64,000 nucleotides of DNA. Origin: Podarcis liolepis (taxonomy: Eukaryota). Shown piece after piece: positions 63,591-64,000 of this stretch; position 1 is the stretch's first letter; every line of letters begins with the position of its first letter. The stretch is taken from NCBI GenBank assembly GCA_965112155.1, contig OZ218100.1; one strand, 5' to 3'. The notes under the pieces were generated by a model. The model did no database searches. It worked only from the letters and a program-made list of their open reading frames with translations, and was not told the DNA's origin. Both the position numbers and the translations under genes were made by a program.

Positions 63591-63873
63591 CAGGGCCATC
63601 TTATCCATAGGTGCTAGGGTGTGCAGCACCTGGACGCCAGGCTCTCAGGGGCACAAGGCTGAGAGTCCGGGGCCCAAGAGTTGTCTGGGGAAGTCCGTCG
63701 GCCGGAGCGCAGCGGGCAGCTCTGTACCACAAGTTTGGGGGCGACCAAGCCAGTGAGACACTGAAGTGGCTGGCCAGCTCTGCCCTCCTGCGCGCCTGGG
63801 ACTGGGCAACTGGGGAGGGGGGCGCCGGGCGGATCTTTGCACCCTGGCGCCGCATATGCTTAAGACAGCCCTG
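63591..63873. mobile_element. Young GC-rich hAT MITE
   Basis: TIR CAGGGCCATCTTA / TAAGACAGCCCTG; perfect TSD TTTGGGTG. Confidence 0.9.
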
Positions 63874-64000
63874 TTTGGGTGTTTGTTCAAAGAGAAGTAG
63901 GATCTTTACAGAGCTACAGCAAGAGCCAAAGCAAGGACCACTGAGCACTTCACAGCACCTTAGTAAATACAGACATTTAAAAAAGGTGATAGAATCTACT

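Noticed and set aside
63544-63948. GC-rich ORFs and apparent CpG island at the window end
   Set aside because: Explained by a TSD-flanked hAT MITE (63591-63873).

Overview
This is AT-rich, CpG-poor vertebrate nuclear DNA from a squamate reptile, most likely a lacertid lizard. That assignment is inferred from the repeat set: Sauria/Squam1 SINEs, Squam3, BovB with (CAA)n tails, and lizard-type L2, CR1 and L1. I found no recognisable host coding exon or RNA gene, and almost all listed ORFs are chance or TE-derived. The window looks like a large intron or 5' region. It contains decayed LINE fragments (L1, CR1, L2, BovB, RTE-X-like), SINEs, many hAT and Tc1/mariner MITEs (several with clean TSDs), a truncated Gypsy-like LTR, a TSD-less DIRS/Ngaro-like or LTR-like element, a Penelope remnant, microsatellites and one 134-N gap. 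Several TE-free blocks carry minus-strand promoter, ATG and splice-donor signals, suggesting alternative first exons of an unidentified gene. The best leads are: (1) an intact 123-aa ORF inside the LTR U3 encoding an acidic disordered protein with an HMGN-like RRSARL motif; (2) a TSD-flanked BovB internal-deletion element resembling ruminant Bov-A; (3) a Penelope hammerhead-ribozyme remnant; (4) a 35-bp-stem hairpin; (5) the candidate first exons. All family names come from visual recognition, not database searches.
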